In this document: in pieces, positions 32,600 through 46,696 of the stretch
How the letters are laid out: the number at the start of each line of letters is the position of its first letter
How positions within the stretch are numbered: position 1 is the first letter of the stretch
Origin: Obrimoposthia wandeli
Taxonomy: Eukaryota
Assembly (NCBI GenBank): GCA_977020255.1
Contig: CDROCS010004773.1
Span: 1 to 64,000, forward strand
Direction of reading: 5' to 3'
DNA: 64,000 nucleotides
The notes under the pieces: model-generated
The model's input: the letters and a program-made list of their open reading frames with translations, nothing else
Database searches by the model: none
Told to the model about the DNA's origin: nothing
Translations under genes and position numbers: made by a program

Positions 32600-34250
32600 T
32601 TAACATTGGTTATTTTAATTGTCGACTCTATTAAATATTAAATAATAAAAAGCTGAAGTACGACATGCATAAAACTATACACTTTTTCTCTTAAACATTT
32701 TTTAAACATTAAAGATATGTTTTAAATTCGTATATATTGTTTCATATATGCTAGACGTGGACCTTAATATACAACAATTGAAAATAACAAGATTATTTAC
32801 CATTACTCTACGCACTTTTTCACATGACAATTTTTAAAATTTTCGACTTCAACTTCTGAACATACCAAATACTTATGGATATGTATAGCCTGTTCACACA
32901 AAACTGCACTCACACATTCATGCATAATCATCAAAACAATGGCTTAATTAAACAATCCAAAATAATCATCAAAACAATGGCTTAATTAAACAATCCAAAA
33001 TAATCATCAAAACAATGGCTTAATTAAACAATCCAAAACATGAAATTCAATATGCATTTTTATAATGAGCTCTTATTAGTTGATTCAAATTCAAATTATA
33101 ATAATTATCACATCTAATAATGTTAAATGGGTTATAATTGGTCATATCTGTTGGGGAAATTCAAATATGCCACAGTTTGAAAAATATAAAATTCGCTTTA
33201 AAATAGTATAGTTGTAATTTGTACTTTGATAGTTTAATCATTGTCAATTGAAAAACAAAGGTTATTTAAACAACATAAATTAATTTACCGGTGCAATTTG
33301 ATGAGTGCGGACTGTCTGAGACTCAGATGAGGGTTCGGTATCTGATGTTGTTAATACTGATGTGCGTATAGCCTGTATCGAATATTCATTAATCTCATAA
33401 GCTGGGAAATTAGTGGTCAGTAGGATTACACGAACTTCAGTGTATCAGCATAAGTTGATGCGTTAATTAATTTTATTAAAAATAGCGCATTTATTTATTT
33501 GCAAGTATACTGTATTTATTTGGCCATTTTAATGCAAGGCTATTGAGATCAGCCATGTGTCAATAGCTTTACAAAACCAGCATTACGTAATATTATTTTT
33601 TAAAAATAAAAAATTAGTTTTAAACCAAGGTTTAAAATATTTTTAACAAATTTATCCCATATTACTAGTTTTCCTGTTCAAAGATGGTCCACTATATATT
33701 CGTATTAAAATCTTATTAAATTTGTTAAAATATATTTTTATACAACAAGGATCAAGTAGAGCAGCTAGATATAAGTCAGTTTTCTTTAGAGACTCAGTTT
33801 TTAAATTGATTTAGGATTTTTTTTATTCTTTAAAAATTATCAATTCATCGATAGTTTGATTTTAAAAATTTAAAGGCGACATCGATTGACATTTACGAGA
33901 ATGTATATATATATAAATAATTTTTTTAGCTTAACTAAAATCCTTTCCAAAATGTTTTGCTTATGTTTCGTATGACATTATTTAAAACATTTGAATGATG
34001 AAATTTTCATTGCGTCGCTTAAAAATTTGTCAATGCTAAATTACTACCGTATATATTATTTGAAATTACAAAAATAAACAAAATTAAATCAAAATTTAAA
34101 TATGCAATCAAAGTTTTAATGAAAATTCTTATTTTGAAAACATGTATTACTTTAACATATTAAAACTCCAAAAACAAGCATAATTTATCGTTCAATCATT
34201 CAAATTTAATTGTAATATATTCCAGTTAAACCTAAGCTTTTTTTTTAAAT
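32600..34250. repeat. Diverged segmental duplication, paralog at ~47330-49500
   Basis: Collinear shared blocks, e.g. ggatatgtatagcctg(t/g)tcacacaaaactgcac, attcaaattcaaat, the ccggt(g/a)caattt exon block and gatcaag..gcagctag. Confidence 0.75.
33288..33400 (-). pseudogene. Paralogous exon-like module (also ~37945-38050, ~47890-48000, partial 51163-51236)
   Basis: Minus-strand frames YSIQAIRTSVLTTSDTEPSSESQTVRTHQIAP, YSILAIRTSTSTTSETASPSELPAIPTNQNIP and YFIQVTRTSVLTTSETEPPSEPQTVPTHKIVP each end at a GTAA(A/G)T donor. Upstream frames are broken. Confidence 0.45.
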
Positions 34251-34699
34251 TTACAATGGTTTTATTGCTAATAAAGAATACATTGGATATATCATAAAAT
34301 ATTTCAATTTTCAAAAGTATCCTATATTATATATAAACGATAATACAGTATACATTATGTTTATTTCAATTATAATATGTCATAAAAATAAACCTGTAAA
34401 TGCTCTTCTACGGGAAGTGGTGGAATTTCTGTCAATTTTGAAGAATCGTCGAAAAGCGGTCCATCCTAAGAAATGTTATAAATAATCTTTTTTCGTTATA
34501 TAGAAAAAAAAATTTTTTGTTCTTTTGTTTTTAAAGAAAATTAACAATTTGCATTTTTTACACTAAAAAGGAGACACCAAAACTCAACTTTATTAAACTT
34601 ATTTTAATACAGTTAAGACAATAAATATTGGAGGGGTTTTTCATGTATCCTGTTGTAATCATATTTTTTCTAATATATGCCCACAAAAATCGAAAGAAA

Positions 34700-34960
34700 A
34701 AAATTATATATTTGTTATGTTAAAGGATAAATAATTCATACGATTTTTTATTATACGATGTAAAGTTAAACGTGGTATGTCAAATTCATTAGATCTTCTT
34801 CTCACTGTAAGTGTAGTAATGTTTTCAATTGATTCTGTAATTTTATCATGTTGACTGTCTTTCATTATGTCTCCCTCTTTGTTTCTGATTGGCAATACTT
34901 CCAGTTCTGAACAGTTTCTCTTCCCAGGCTTGAATAACACAAGCGTGCAGAGGCTCATCA
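34700..34960 (-). mobile_element. Tc1/mariner HTH fragment
   Basis: TLTVRRRSNEFDIPRLTLHRIIKNRM. Confidence 0.45.
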
Positions 34961-36849
34961 ATAATAAATCTTACTCTTTATATCTTCTTTAACAGCCTAA
35001 TTGTCGAAATACTTCTGTCACATTCGTTATATCAAGAAGCTGCTAAAATTCTACAGTTTATTTATTGTGGTCAGCCATTTTTAATTATTTGTTCAATAAA
35101 TGCGAATTTATAATTGAAATTTTATAGAATAACGAAAAATAGTATATGTATATAGAATAAGTTTAAAAGCCAATGTAATCACAAATATTACTAATATTTT
35201 TTTCCAATTTCCATTGGAGTGACTTATAGTGACTTTATCTAATGCTTTACGGTATTCTTATGGGTTGGACAATCAGCTTGGTTGTGTGATTAAATCAAAA
35301 TCCAGAATAAATCAAATATTGACCTAAATTATTATTGTTTTAATATCATCATCTTCATAAAATTTTACTATAATTTCAAAACTCAACACAATTTTGAATT
35401 CGTCGTAAATATATTATTTCAATTTCATTTCAACTATACAGTAAAATCCAATACTTTAAGCTCACATAATAATTTACTTTATTTGGGTTTATAGTTTCTG
35501 ACAGTTCTCCTTCTTCAATCACGTTTTCTGTATCCTAAAGTACAATAGAAAAAATAACTATTGGTTAAACAAAATTCAGTTGAAAAATAAGTTTCAAATG
35601 AATTAAAATTGATATGCATGAGTAAAATTTCTAAGTTGGTAAAAAAAATATATATATATTTTTAATAAAATTTTACTTGAAGAAACTCCACGTATTTAGT
35701 ATCATTATTACTATGAATATGCATATTATGTTCTAAATATTTGTCTACATACAGTTTACCATTATCTTTTTCATTATACTTTAATGATTTGAAATTTAAA
35801 TGTATTATAAATCGATGAATTTGGTGTATTTTAGTTAAGTTTTTCTTCGTAGACATAATTCAAAAGAATGAGATCCTACAAACAGAAGATTTTTTCATTT
35901 CTATACGAATTGATAAACAAATGATCTCGGTTTGATATTTCTGGATTCTGATTTGTATAATAGTTACTTATATTCATTAAATAAAACAAAATAATTACTA
36001 TGCAAATTAATAAATATTTCATAAATTAGATTTAAATAGTTTATTAATCTCGATGTTAAGCTTAAACTCAAAAGATGAATAAATTAATCAAGACACAAAA
36101 TCGAGCTGCACTGCTGAATACATTCTAAGTGGATTTCTTCAGGGATTGCTTAAACATGTCGGTATTTATGCAAGATTCCAGAACATTGTAAATCACACAA
36201 ATTATTATCCTATGGGTGAAACTATGAAGACAATATCGTTTCTACGAACTCTGCAAATAAAAACAGATATCTTAAATTGATAATCAACGTTTGAAGTTTT
36301 TTTTTAATTCTTGAATTGGTATTTGAAATAAAAAATTGGTGTTTTCTTCTGCTTTTTTCTTGATAAAGCAATAAATTTGTAAAGCCCAATGATAGAGGAA
36401 ATCCCAAATGATTATGTTTAATATATGTTGTGATGGTGTATTTCTCAAATTATACAATCTTCAGTTAGTCCGAAATTTTTTAAGTTACAAAATACAGGAA
36501 TTGAAATAAAGCCGTGTATGCTCAATATCCCATACTACGCTTTGCTAATATGATAGATAATTTCAAATTAAAAATAAGTAGAGATGCAGCAATATTTGAA
36601 TAGTGGAGCTACTTATGTAATTGATAACCATTTAAAGATGATAGTGAAAACGGTGGGATAAATAAAAACCTTGTCTCGGGAAGAAATACATGGTGATTTT
36701 TAGGTATAGAACAACTCTAAATTATTGCTAGTGAAGTGATTCAACGACATTCATAAAATAAGATTTAACCCAAGGGGTAAAAACTAACATAAACTTACTA
36801 TAAATAACTATAAATAACTATAGAAAAGAAAATTTTAATATAACAAATA

Positions 36850-37350
36850 AACTAAACATCAATTTAATTTGCTTTCCATCAAATTCTTTCTAACGTTTCT
36901 AATCTATCTATTCAACTGCACAATTTAAGGTGGAATCATTTATTTTGGACACTCTCATTTCAATAATATTCTTTAATTCATAAAGATTATCGATCTTATG
37001 ACGATACACTCTCCTTTTAACATATCCCAATTCAAGAACAACGTGTTTTTCTAATTATTTCAATGTAGCTTTTGTAACTTTACGAATTGAAGAATTTTAA
37101 GAAGGTTTTTCTGAGATTTTTCTGAGATTTTTCCATAAGCTTACTTTGACATACTTCGTGTTTTTAAAACTGTTTTATAGGGTCTACCATTCTTAGGAGT
37201 TTCTTGCAATGAATTGGTGAGTTTATATTGTTTTCATAATTTTCTAAATTTGGGATAACATCATTGGTGATTGTGAATTTTCTTAATTAATTTAAATGCT
37301 CGCCTTTAGTTTTTACTATAATTTATCATCTAAATGCATTATTATTGATC
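36850..37350 (-). mobile_element. Internally deleted Tc1/mariner relic
   Basis: N-terminal TPKNGRP and C-terminal WGYVKRRVYRHKIDNLYELKNII...RL motifs joined directly. Confidence 0.55.
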
Positions 37351-40300
37351 AATTATTGAACAAATTTACTGGTATAAATTAAAATGTAAATAAAGATCAC
37401 ATAAAATATAGACTCCATTTCATATTTATTATAACCACATATTACTTCACTATGCAGTTATAAGTATTTTAAAGTTGATACATATTTAAAAGTCAACATT
37501 TTTAAATCACAAAATTTTGCTAATATTATATTCAGGTCATGTAGACGAACAATTTTTTGGCAATTCGTTTCTTCAAAATCCGAGTATGAGACTAATTGAC
37601 TTTTTACTAGCTTTTGATTTCACAATAAACCAATTCAAATCTTTGGCTCTTCATTATAAGTATGAGCATTTATATATCACACAGTTAAGCAAGAACATTT
37701 TGAAGTGGATTTATAAATCTAGCTGTACCAATTCATTATAAATGCACTACGTAAGAGCGTTTGCAACGATACTAATCAATCTAGCATATGTTGCAAGTAG
37801 CATTCCATTAAAGATTATAATCGTGTGAAATGAGTATATTCTGTCATATTTGTTCAATTAGATCCAAAGTTTAAAAATTATGTAATTCCATTCAAAATTT
37901 GTGATTTGAAAATCTAAATTATTTATTAACATCAGAATTTAACTTACCGGTATGTTTTGATTTGTTGGAATTGCCGGAAGCTCAGACGGGGATGCAGTTT
38001 CTGATGTTGTTGAAGTTGATGTGCGTATGGCCAGTATGGAATACGCATCAATCTTAATTAGGGAAATTTATGAGGAAATATCCCGACACATCAACTTGAT
38101 ACAATATCCCGGGCATAGTTCGGTGTTTTTCTATAATCCTAATAAAACTAGGTTTTAGAGAATCCAACTGAATTTTTCTGGTATTCACATTTAAACATGC
38201 CTTACAATTATCAATGACTGAAATAAACATTGTTTAACATGCCAAATTTAATCCTCATTTATGCAGCACACTCATTCTTTAGTTTGGTGTTTTTTTTATA
38301 ATTATATCACGGTACCCTAATATTAATATACAAAAAGATTTTTTCACTGTTCTTCCCATGTCTTCTTCATTTTGTCATGTTGGATTCATATTTTCTCTTC
38401 AGTATGATTGAAACAGGTATGTAACTACACATATCCACATCAGGAAAATATCAACATAGCTCGTAATGGATAATAATGCTGGCTCCCGCTAGAATCCATT
38501 ATTAAATCAGTAGACACCCTAACTGCCAGGTTGGTTAGCGATAATCTCATTATAATGCATGTTAACCAGTGTTATACGTTTAATACTGCGGTCTAACTGA
38601 TGTTTAGTAATAAACTTGCAAAAAAGCAGTATTTTTCAATGGGTTTTTCCTTGCATGTTTTTTTTTATTCTCAGATATTCTCGTTTTTTCCACAGGCTGA
38701 CTTCTCCATTCTTATTATTTTCCTTATCAAATGCAGTTTATTTCTGTAGATTTCCTCAGCTTCTTCACAATCAGTCTCTGTTGAAACACTAAACTTCTAA
38801 ACTTTTTTCTTAACTCCCAAATCATAAAAAATGACTCAAAATCATCCAATGAGTTATGTGGCAATTTGTTAATTTATCCTAAGTTTTATATTTTATTTCA
38901 ATATATCAGGACTAATTAACCAAAGTATTTTCATTCATTTTTTCCGAATGTTTTAATATAAAATTGTCAAATAAAATATTTGATTCAAATAATAAAGAAC
39001 AAATTACAAACAATTGGATATAAATAGATTCAACAAATAATTGGAATCAAACAAGAAAGATCATTTTTGAATAATTTTATGTGGTTTTAGTCATTCATTC
39101 ACATGTTATGGAAAAGCTAAGCATTTATAAGACAGATACAATTATTTTTCACTATTTATGTGAATATAAAAAATAACGATTTATACAAGAAGCCTCAAAT
39201 TTGAAACCTCAGAATTGAATGATATTTTCCTTTAGATAAATAATTGTAAAATTTTAAATTCCCTCAAAGCACTTCCTTGTGAGCTCCAAACAAATGGACA
39301 AAAATTATGTCTTTAATATATTTATTGAAAATAATATTATTAATACATTACTTTCAGTTATTTTCTTTCTAAATATCTTAACTTATCTTATTTATTTTGT
39401 AGAAGAAGAAAAAATATTGATGTTTTATTATTATTTAATTTTTTGTTTTAAATTTTCCCTAGGTACAACATAATTAAATAAATTTAGAACATATTTTTGT
39501 AAGAATTTTAAGATTCCTGAAATATTTATAATTTTTAATTTAAATTTACCATTTTAAATTTTTAAAGAATTTATCTTCAAAGAATCTTTTTTCAATATAG
39601 TTTAATTAAACTTTAAATTCTTATAAATTTATAATAGTTTAAAAAACATTTTTAAAACAGAAATTTTAGAGAAAAGTATACAAAACTTATCGAGTACAAT
39701 TTAGAATTAAACAAATCTAGCAAAATGCCTGTAATACGAATTTAAGTGTTGTATTTCATTTTTTAAAATATGACATAAATATAAGTGAATCTTTGATTTA
39801 ATAAGAAATATAATATTCATTTCACCCTTTATTCTAATGATACGCAACTTTATGTGGATTTTGATTTTAATGACTATGAAATCACCTTTTTTATATGAAA
39901 AATCTTATTAATCAAATAGCTATTTAATATATTGATGAAATGAGAGACATTTAGAGAATAATGAAAATAAAACCCATAGCATATTATTTAGAACAAAGAA
40001 TAACATAACTCGTATTACAATAAAAATAGTTTTATACATGTTGTTGAAAATGTTATTCATTTAAAAAACAAAATTAAAGAACATTGGCTGGAGCCTCAAG
40101 GAAAACATCACAAGGAATTGTGAAATAAAGAAATGATCAGAACATAAACAGTAACATTTTGGGGTTTCTAACAAACTAGATCCTCGAGAGTTCTTTAGAG
40201 ATAGGGCTTACATATGGATGTTACAGATGATATTCTCAGTTTACTGAAGTTTTGTCTCACGTATCTGAAGGTTTTTATTTTTTGTGTATAGCGAATTGTG

Positions 40301-42304
40301 TTTAGGATAACTAAAGGGACGCTACAACTTTTGTGATGTGATGTGGACCTAATGTATTGAACCGGTTAAGCCGATTATGATTTTATTTCAAATAGGGTTA
40401 GAAAATCAACCTTAGAAATTCAACAAAGTTAAGCTGGAACCAATCGACGCTAATGATGCTCCTCTGAATATATCAGGACTTAAAAATCCTCTGAGAATTC
40501 CAGGGTTTGAAACACCGTAACGTGCGTTAACTTTCATCTGACCTATAGGTTAGTGAGTACGACTGCTATACAAGGATGATTTCATCAAAATTAAACTTGT
40601 AGGGCTATCTTAAAAACTATTTTTATTTTAAACAAAAGTATGGAAACTGCTAAACAAATTATGTTTCCAAAGAAATCTCTAGGGAAGTAGGGAGACACTC
40701 TATCAGGTACGAATCAGTTCAATTAATACATAATATTCCAATCTATTTCGTTTATTATATTTCCTTACTCCATTTCTAAAGTCAATGTAACTTTAAAAAG
40801 ACTTTTACACAACTCTTTACTTTTTTATCAATATCAATGAAGTTTATTACAATAATTCAATATAGTTTTCAACAGCTTTTACTAATACACAATAAAGTTT
40901 AACTTTTATGTCTCACTACGACTCACCCTCACCGATTGTTGTAAATCCCTATCTCGCTTATCAGTGATTACTCTGTGCCCTTCCTAATTTTTTTTTATCT
41001 TAAATTTATTTTTATCTTAAATTTATTTTAAACATATTTTTATTTAATTAATTTATTTTACCCTTAACTATTTAAGGTTATATTCTTACTATAAATAAGT
41101 ATATTATTTATTTACATTTTACTAATTTTCCTAATCTAATAATTTCAAAAATATATCTAGTAAGAAAATAACTTTCTACAGAGATAATTACGTTGCTAAC
41201 GCATGCAAATATTACATCAATACTAGATTTTCAATTTTTCAATTTTAAAGAAGGCGGTCAGAATTTATATTCATGAAAGGTGCTAGTATAAGTACACATT
41301 TAATGAAGCTCATTACATACCGATAAATGGCAGAATTGAATTCAAGATCCTACTTATTATCAAAAGTTGTATACTGTCACTGAGGCCTCAAATACTTCTT
41401 TGCCCATCTCGAGCCTAGTCAAGACACTATGAATATACATGTTAAAAGCATCAATGTTGACTACAGATTAGTTTACAAAATTCTTAAATAACATACAGTA
41501 AAGGAATATTTGAAATTTATGCTCTAAATCTTTATATCAGATCAACAATTTCAGTAATAAATCATATATTTATTAGATATTAGAAGTATTTTAAATATAT
41601 TATTGTATTTAGTGTAATATACATATATATATATATATTAAAACGTTTTTTACACTATTAACTATTAAAATTGTTACCTATTTACACCAAAGTTTTCTTA
41701 TTTTGTGAAAAAACTATAATTATAATCTTTAATTATTAAAACAAGACACGTCCTTACTTCTGAACAGCATACTTAGATTATTCTATTTTACTTAAGCATT
41801 AAACTTTTTATAATTTACATATAATATTAAGAAAAATTTCAGAAAATAATATTTTAATTTGTATTAATTTCATTTAAACATATATAATAAATAATTTATT
41901 TGGCGTAAATACAGACTTATCTTGAGCTCAAGTGGAAAGCCCTGTATAAAATTTTGACTTCAAATATATATAATTATGCAAAGTTTCATAAAGTAGAAAT
42001 ATTATTAAAATAAACAACTTTGTTGTTTAGCATTTAAATTAACTGAATTAAATTTTCTAAACATATATTTAAAAAAAATAACATCATTAACAAACCTCTA
42101 AATCTTTTTCTTCGGGAGAGAAGGGATGTTCAGGGGATTTTGGAGAACTGTCCAGAAATGATCTATCCTGTGATGTGTTACGAATACTTATTTTAAAGAA
42201 TAAAAGCATAAAATGAAAATTTTTAACATGGAGAAATATGATTGATAATTATATATACATTTTACTATTAAAATTTTACAAAATCATACACCTATGACTT
42301 CAAA

Positions 42305-42520
42305 TTTAGCCAAATGAGATGGAGCAATAACAGGTCTGTGATGCCCTTAGATGTCCGGGGCCGCACGCGCGCTACAATGGCAGTATCAGCGAGTATTCAA
42401 TCCTAGCTAGAAATGGCCGGGTAACCTGCTGAAACACTGTCGTATCAGGAATTGTGGATTGCAATTTTTCCACATGAACGAGGAATCCCTAGTAAGTGCA
42501 AGTCATTAGCTTGCGCTGAT

Positions 42521-42565
<45 letters not shown>
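42305..42565 (+). rRNA. 18S rRNA fragment (non-functional)
   Basis: GAGCAATAACAGGTCTGTGATGCCCTTAGATGTCCGGGGCCGCACGCGCGCTACAATG...GTACACACCGCCCGTCGCTACTACCGATT. The variable positions resemble platyhelminth 18S from recall. Confidence 0.95.
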
Positions 42566-42572
42566 TACTAGC

Positions 42573-42769
42573 AGTGTGTAATAACTGACCTACCGAATCT
42601 ACTAGCCCTGAAAATGGATGGCGCTGTAGCGAAGAACCTATACTGGATCGATACCGCAAGCCCTGTGGAGAAAGTGGTATCGTGTAGGAGGGTGCCGTGG
42701 TTGCATTGAAGCTACTGGCGTAAGTCAGAGTGGAGCGGCCACGGGTACAGATCTTGGTAGTAGTAGCAA
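42573..42769 (+). rRNA. 28S rRNA fragment (non-functional, divergent)
   Basis: AGTGTGTAATAACT..CCGAATC.ACTAGCCCTGAAAATGGATGGCGCT...CAGATCTTGGTAGTAGTAGCAA. Confidence 0.92.
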
Positions 42770-44511
42770 CCGGATTGCTCGCTAAAGAAAATATGGGCAA
42801 ATCCAAATTTCAGCGGCGCGGAAATTCAAGTCATCTTCGTCAAGCCCCGGTTACCCTCCGCGATGGTTAACCGTCAGTCACCCGGCGCGAGACGCCTCTC
42901 AAATGAACCCCCTACCTGGAAAAGACACAGTCCAATTCTCGCCTCGGCAAACTTATGCTATGGATTCTCACCTGGCAAACTTATGCTAAGGTCCGAAATA
43001 AAACTGAACTTCTCTCTGTTCAAATTCTCTTCTTTTTTTAAGCAGTGAAGATTAGCAGCAACACGCCGTACGGCAAGAGACCCCCTCACCTTTAGGCCCC
43101 CACCTGCGTACCATAGCCATCGCCCAGCGTGGCGGGTGAGCTGCACATATTCATACAGTCGGCAGAAGTAATAACGCAAAGGGGTTTACCGGAAATATCT
43201 CAAACCTATACTTCCCCATTGCTTTTACCCTTGTAGAACCACCCGGCTCCGGTGTTCCGCACCGTGGCGCTAACATCGCGGGGGTCTCTTCTTAGCATCG
43301 AATCTACCTCTTATTCCAGTGTTACGACGATCTCGACGATGTCCTTCGAATCCAGTGCATTTTTGATGTAACCGAACCATCGAGCTTGTACCCGCAAAAC
43401 ATCTTGCTGTGGCGATCTTAATTTCCGCTAGCGAGACGCCCAGTTGCCTTAGAATATCATAACTCTCAATCAACCAGTTTCCTCGCCATGTAATCGAGAC
43501 CGCTTGCGAGACAAACTTCAAAGTCTTTTCAACTAACGAATCTTTCTCATTTGGACTTACGTCTGTAGCTAATGTCTCGTTTCCAGTGACCTGCCCTAGT
43601 GGGATAACATCAATCACTTTCGTTTCCACGACTTTTCCAAGGCCGACCAAAGCCTTATCTCGAACTTCACTTGCGTCACCTCCACTAACGGTGCCCTCGT
43701 TAGTTTCATTGGCCTTCGTTGTCTTTGCCGAACCCTTGAGAGTTGTATTCAAACGTACTGTATTTTCACTATCGCTGAAATGGGGTCTCGAGAGACACCA
43801 ATCTTTGATACATTTCGTGTTATACTTTTGACGTTTTGCCTCGTGAGCCTTATCCACGTCGATCTCCTTTGCATCACTGCAAACTTGAAAGTCGATAACA
43901 AGGGCACCTTTACCTCTTTCGAGTAGTACCAGATCAGGCTTACGTACACCATCTATCGTATTGATAGAAGGTTCCACAATAACTTTCATTTGGGGATTTC
44001 GGATTCGAATTCTGTCGGTGAGATACTTCGCGATGTTGTCGTGACGTTTAACCCTAGCTCCATGGACTCTAGGGCACCCCTGGGAGATGTGTGATAGCGA
44101 ATGGATACCATTTAAACACTTGTCACAATCAATTTTAGTTCGAGGACGACCACGACTTTGTCTAGCCTTCGTAGAGACGAGATTCCCCCGGATTTTAATG
44201 TAGTTGATGTAGTGGTAGGAATTCAGGAAGCGAGTTCCATCATCCACCCAGCTATGTGCCGCTTTACAATCCGCCGCACCCATCAACCCCTTGCCATCCA
44301 ACGTTGAATATAATTCTTCTCTAATCATGTCTAAGCCATCACTTGTAGTCGTAACTATATTGCCATTGAATAAGATCCCATCAATGATGGGGGCCAGTTC
44401 CTTGCGGATTAACTTACCTTCGGCCAGTTCCCGAATACGCGCGTCTTCCGAGTCTGATAATTTCATTAGCCGCGCACGTCGTGCAACAGAGAGAATGAGT
44501 TCCAAAATCAA
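42770..44511 (-). mobile_element. 5'-truncated R2/R4/NeSL-type non-LTR retrotransposon (CCHC + restriction-like endonuclease + 3' UTR)
   Basis: ORF 43270-44511: CDKC...SLSHISQGC, RHDNIA, EP...RKPDLV..VIDFQV..K.QKY..SITWRGNW. The RT domain is missing. Confidence 0.9.
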
Positions 44512-46696
44512 GGTCTAGCCGCGACTGCCATTCATGGTTCCAGGCCAGACGCTTATGGATGGAGAACCATGCGCTGAACGGGCAATATTTTGACCTATTT
44601 GTCGAGAGCCCGCACCTGACCCGGAGCCAGCAACTACACCTCTACAACGGGGACAGTCCGTCCTTTCCAGACCTACCCCTGGAGCAGGTCATGCGTTACC
44701 TAACTAGTCGGAACCAGCCGACAATTACAATCGATCTTACTAACGACAATTGATAACATTACATTCTTTCCTCCCTTCTTTCCTTCCTAATTCCTTACTT
44801 ATCTATGTAGCCATTTTGTGTATAAGTAATAAATTAGTGAATATTTGAGACTCTGTCCAAATGTTCACTTTTTTAGAAAAAACCGAGTTTCTTTTAAAAG
44901 TTTTGGGCATGTTTGATGAATTGAATGACTGATTTTGTAGGGATGGACCTAAAATCAACAGCCAGAGGCTTATAAGAGTAAAATCGATACGTTCCGGGGA
45001 CGTAACTTTTTTGGAACCCCCGAGATATGTTAGATTTAGGAATTGAGAAATTATTAAAAAATTAAATAATTTATACTAAAATAAAATCCTTGAAAGCAAG
45101 GTTGAAAATTAAATATTTAAAATTAAGTTAAAAAATTAGAGGATAAAATCAGGGATAAATATTAATAGGACCACGAAGGTCGTGTGTGATGTGTAGGTAT
45201 ATATAGAAATTTATATCTAACAAAAGGGACCAAAAAAGATATAGCTCTGAAAGTCATTGCAAGAAAAGAAGATTCTAAAATTAAGAGACAATTAAAGTAC
45301 AAGAAACCAAGCCCAAGGGAAAGCAGTCGTTGTGAGTCATTGTGACCTCAGTTTGATATCGATCCAGCAAACACAAATTACGGCAGAAGGTAGATTTGGT
45401 GAAAATATCTGAAATAAGACATTTCCCTAGGATTTGCTGAGAAGGCAATATCGATTTCTCGAACAAACACCTGGACCGCTCCACGGAACTGCCAAGAAGA
45501 CAATAGTGACCCGGCCTTAGTGGACTGCAGTCAAGTAGCGACAACAGGAAAGGTAAACCTATAAATACGGTTGTGAATCTAAAAACAAAAACCAACGGCA
45601 AAAATAATAATTAAATTCAATCCAGTGCAACTCAGTCGGTCGGAAAGCGACATTGTCCAGATTCCAAGTCAAGTTTCCAGTGACTTCGCCATTACAATTA
45701 TCTCAACTCAGTCGGTCGGAAAGTGACATTGTCCAGATTCCAAGTCAAGTTTCCAGTGACTTCACCATTACAAATATCCCGATCTCAGCAGCGGACGTCA
45801 TAAACAGCAGATTAAATAGGTGAGAACGCCGCGAAAAGAAGTAAAGTTGCGTTTTCGAATAATTTCCAAATAATTGTTATTGTTTTAGCAACAAGTAAAG
45901 TTGCGTTTTCAAGTAATTGTTTAGCAACAAGTAAGTTGCGTTTTCAAATAGTTTTCAAATAATTGTTATTGTTTTAGCAACAAGTAAGTTGCGTTTTCAA
46001 ATAGTTTTCAAAGAATTATTATTGTTTTAGCAACAAGTAAGTTGCGTTTTCAAATAGTTTGCAAATAATTGTTATTGTTTTAGCAACAAGTAAGTTGCGT
46101 TTTCAAATAGTTTTCAAATAATTGTTATTGTTTTAGCAACAAGTAAAGTTGCGTTTTCAAATAATTGTTTTAGCAACAAGTAAAAGTTGAGTTTTCAATA
46201 ACTGTCTTGCCTCATTTAGTAGAGTTTTATTATTGGTATAAAATTTCAATTTCCCTCTAAAAGTAAAAGTCTGACAGTAAGGTTAAATTGATTTGGAAGT
46301 ATATAACTTGAGTTTATTTGCGAGTTAGAGGAACAACTCTAAAAACTCGATCACCCTGAACATAAAATCGATACGTGGTTCATCCCCACTTGCGTAGAGA
46401 CTTACAGAAGTCTTAGGAAGTTTTACTATACTTTTTAGAAATACGTACGTAAACGTATTGTTGTGTTTTAGTTTCGTGAGTTACCAATAAACGATTTCCT
46501 ACATTAGAACACGTTGTTTTTGAACCCTTCAGATTAAGAGACGACAAACCAAACACCTTCAGAGAAGCAATAGAGATAGGCAAACATAACACTAAGTAGG
46601 CCACGACCAACTTTAAGACCTGCTTCTATTCGAACTCACGTTGGGGCCCTCCGTACATAAGAGGATCTGTACAAGTTTCGTATAGAAACCCCAACA
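44512..46696 (+). mobile_element. Copy B: 3' fragment of the Gypsy family (RING3 C-terminus, 3' UTR, LTR 45028-46696)
   Basis: 44512-45030 is homologous to 19499-20020. LTR TGTTAGA...CCCAACA, with a different interior. Confidence 0.92.
45840..46200 (+). repeat. LTR-B 53-bp minisatellite (plus a 76-bp duplication at 45628-45775)
   Basis: agcaacaag recurs at 45976, 46029 and 46082. Confidence 0.9.

Noticed and set aside
33288-33400. Fibronectin type III assignment for the exon modules
   Set aside because: Only a Y-x-I-x-A strand resembles it; upstream frames are broken and paralogs do not support the fold.
42305-42769. Functional rDNA unit
   Set aside because: Only ~260 and ~200 nt fragments; ITS, 5.8S and the rest are absent.
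44508-44520. AAGGTCTAGCC as an R2 target remnant
   Set aside because: GGTCTAGCC is native Gypsy RING3 sequence (19499-19507) and lies at the truncated end in the wrong orientation.
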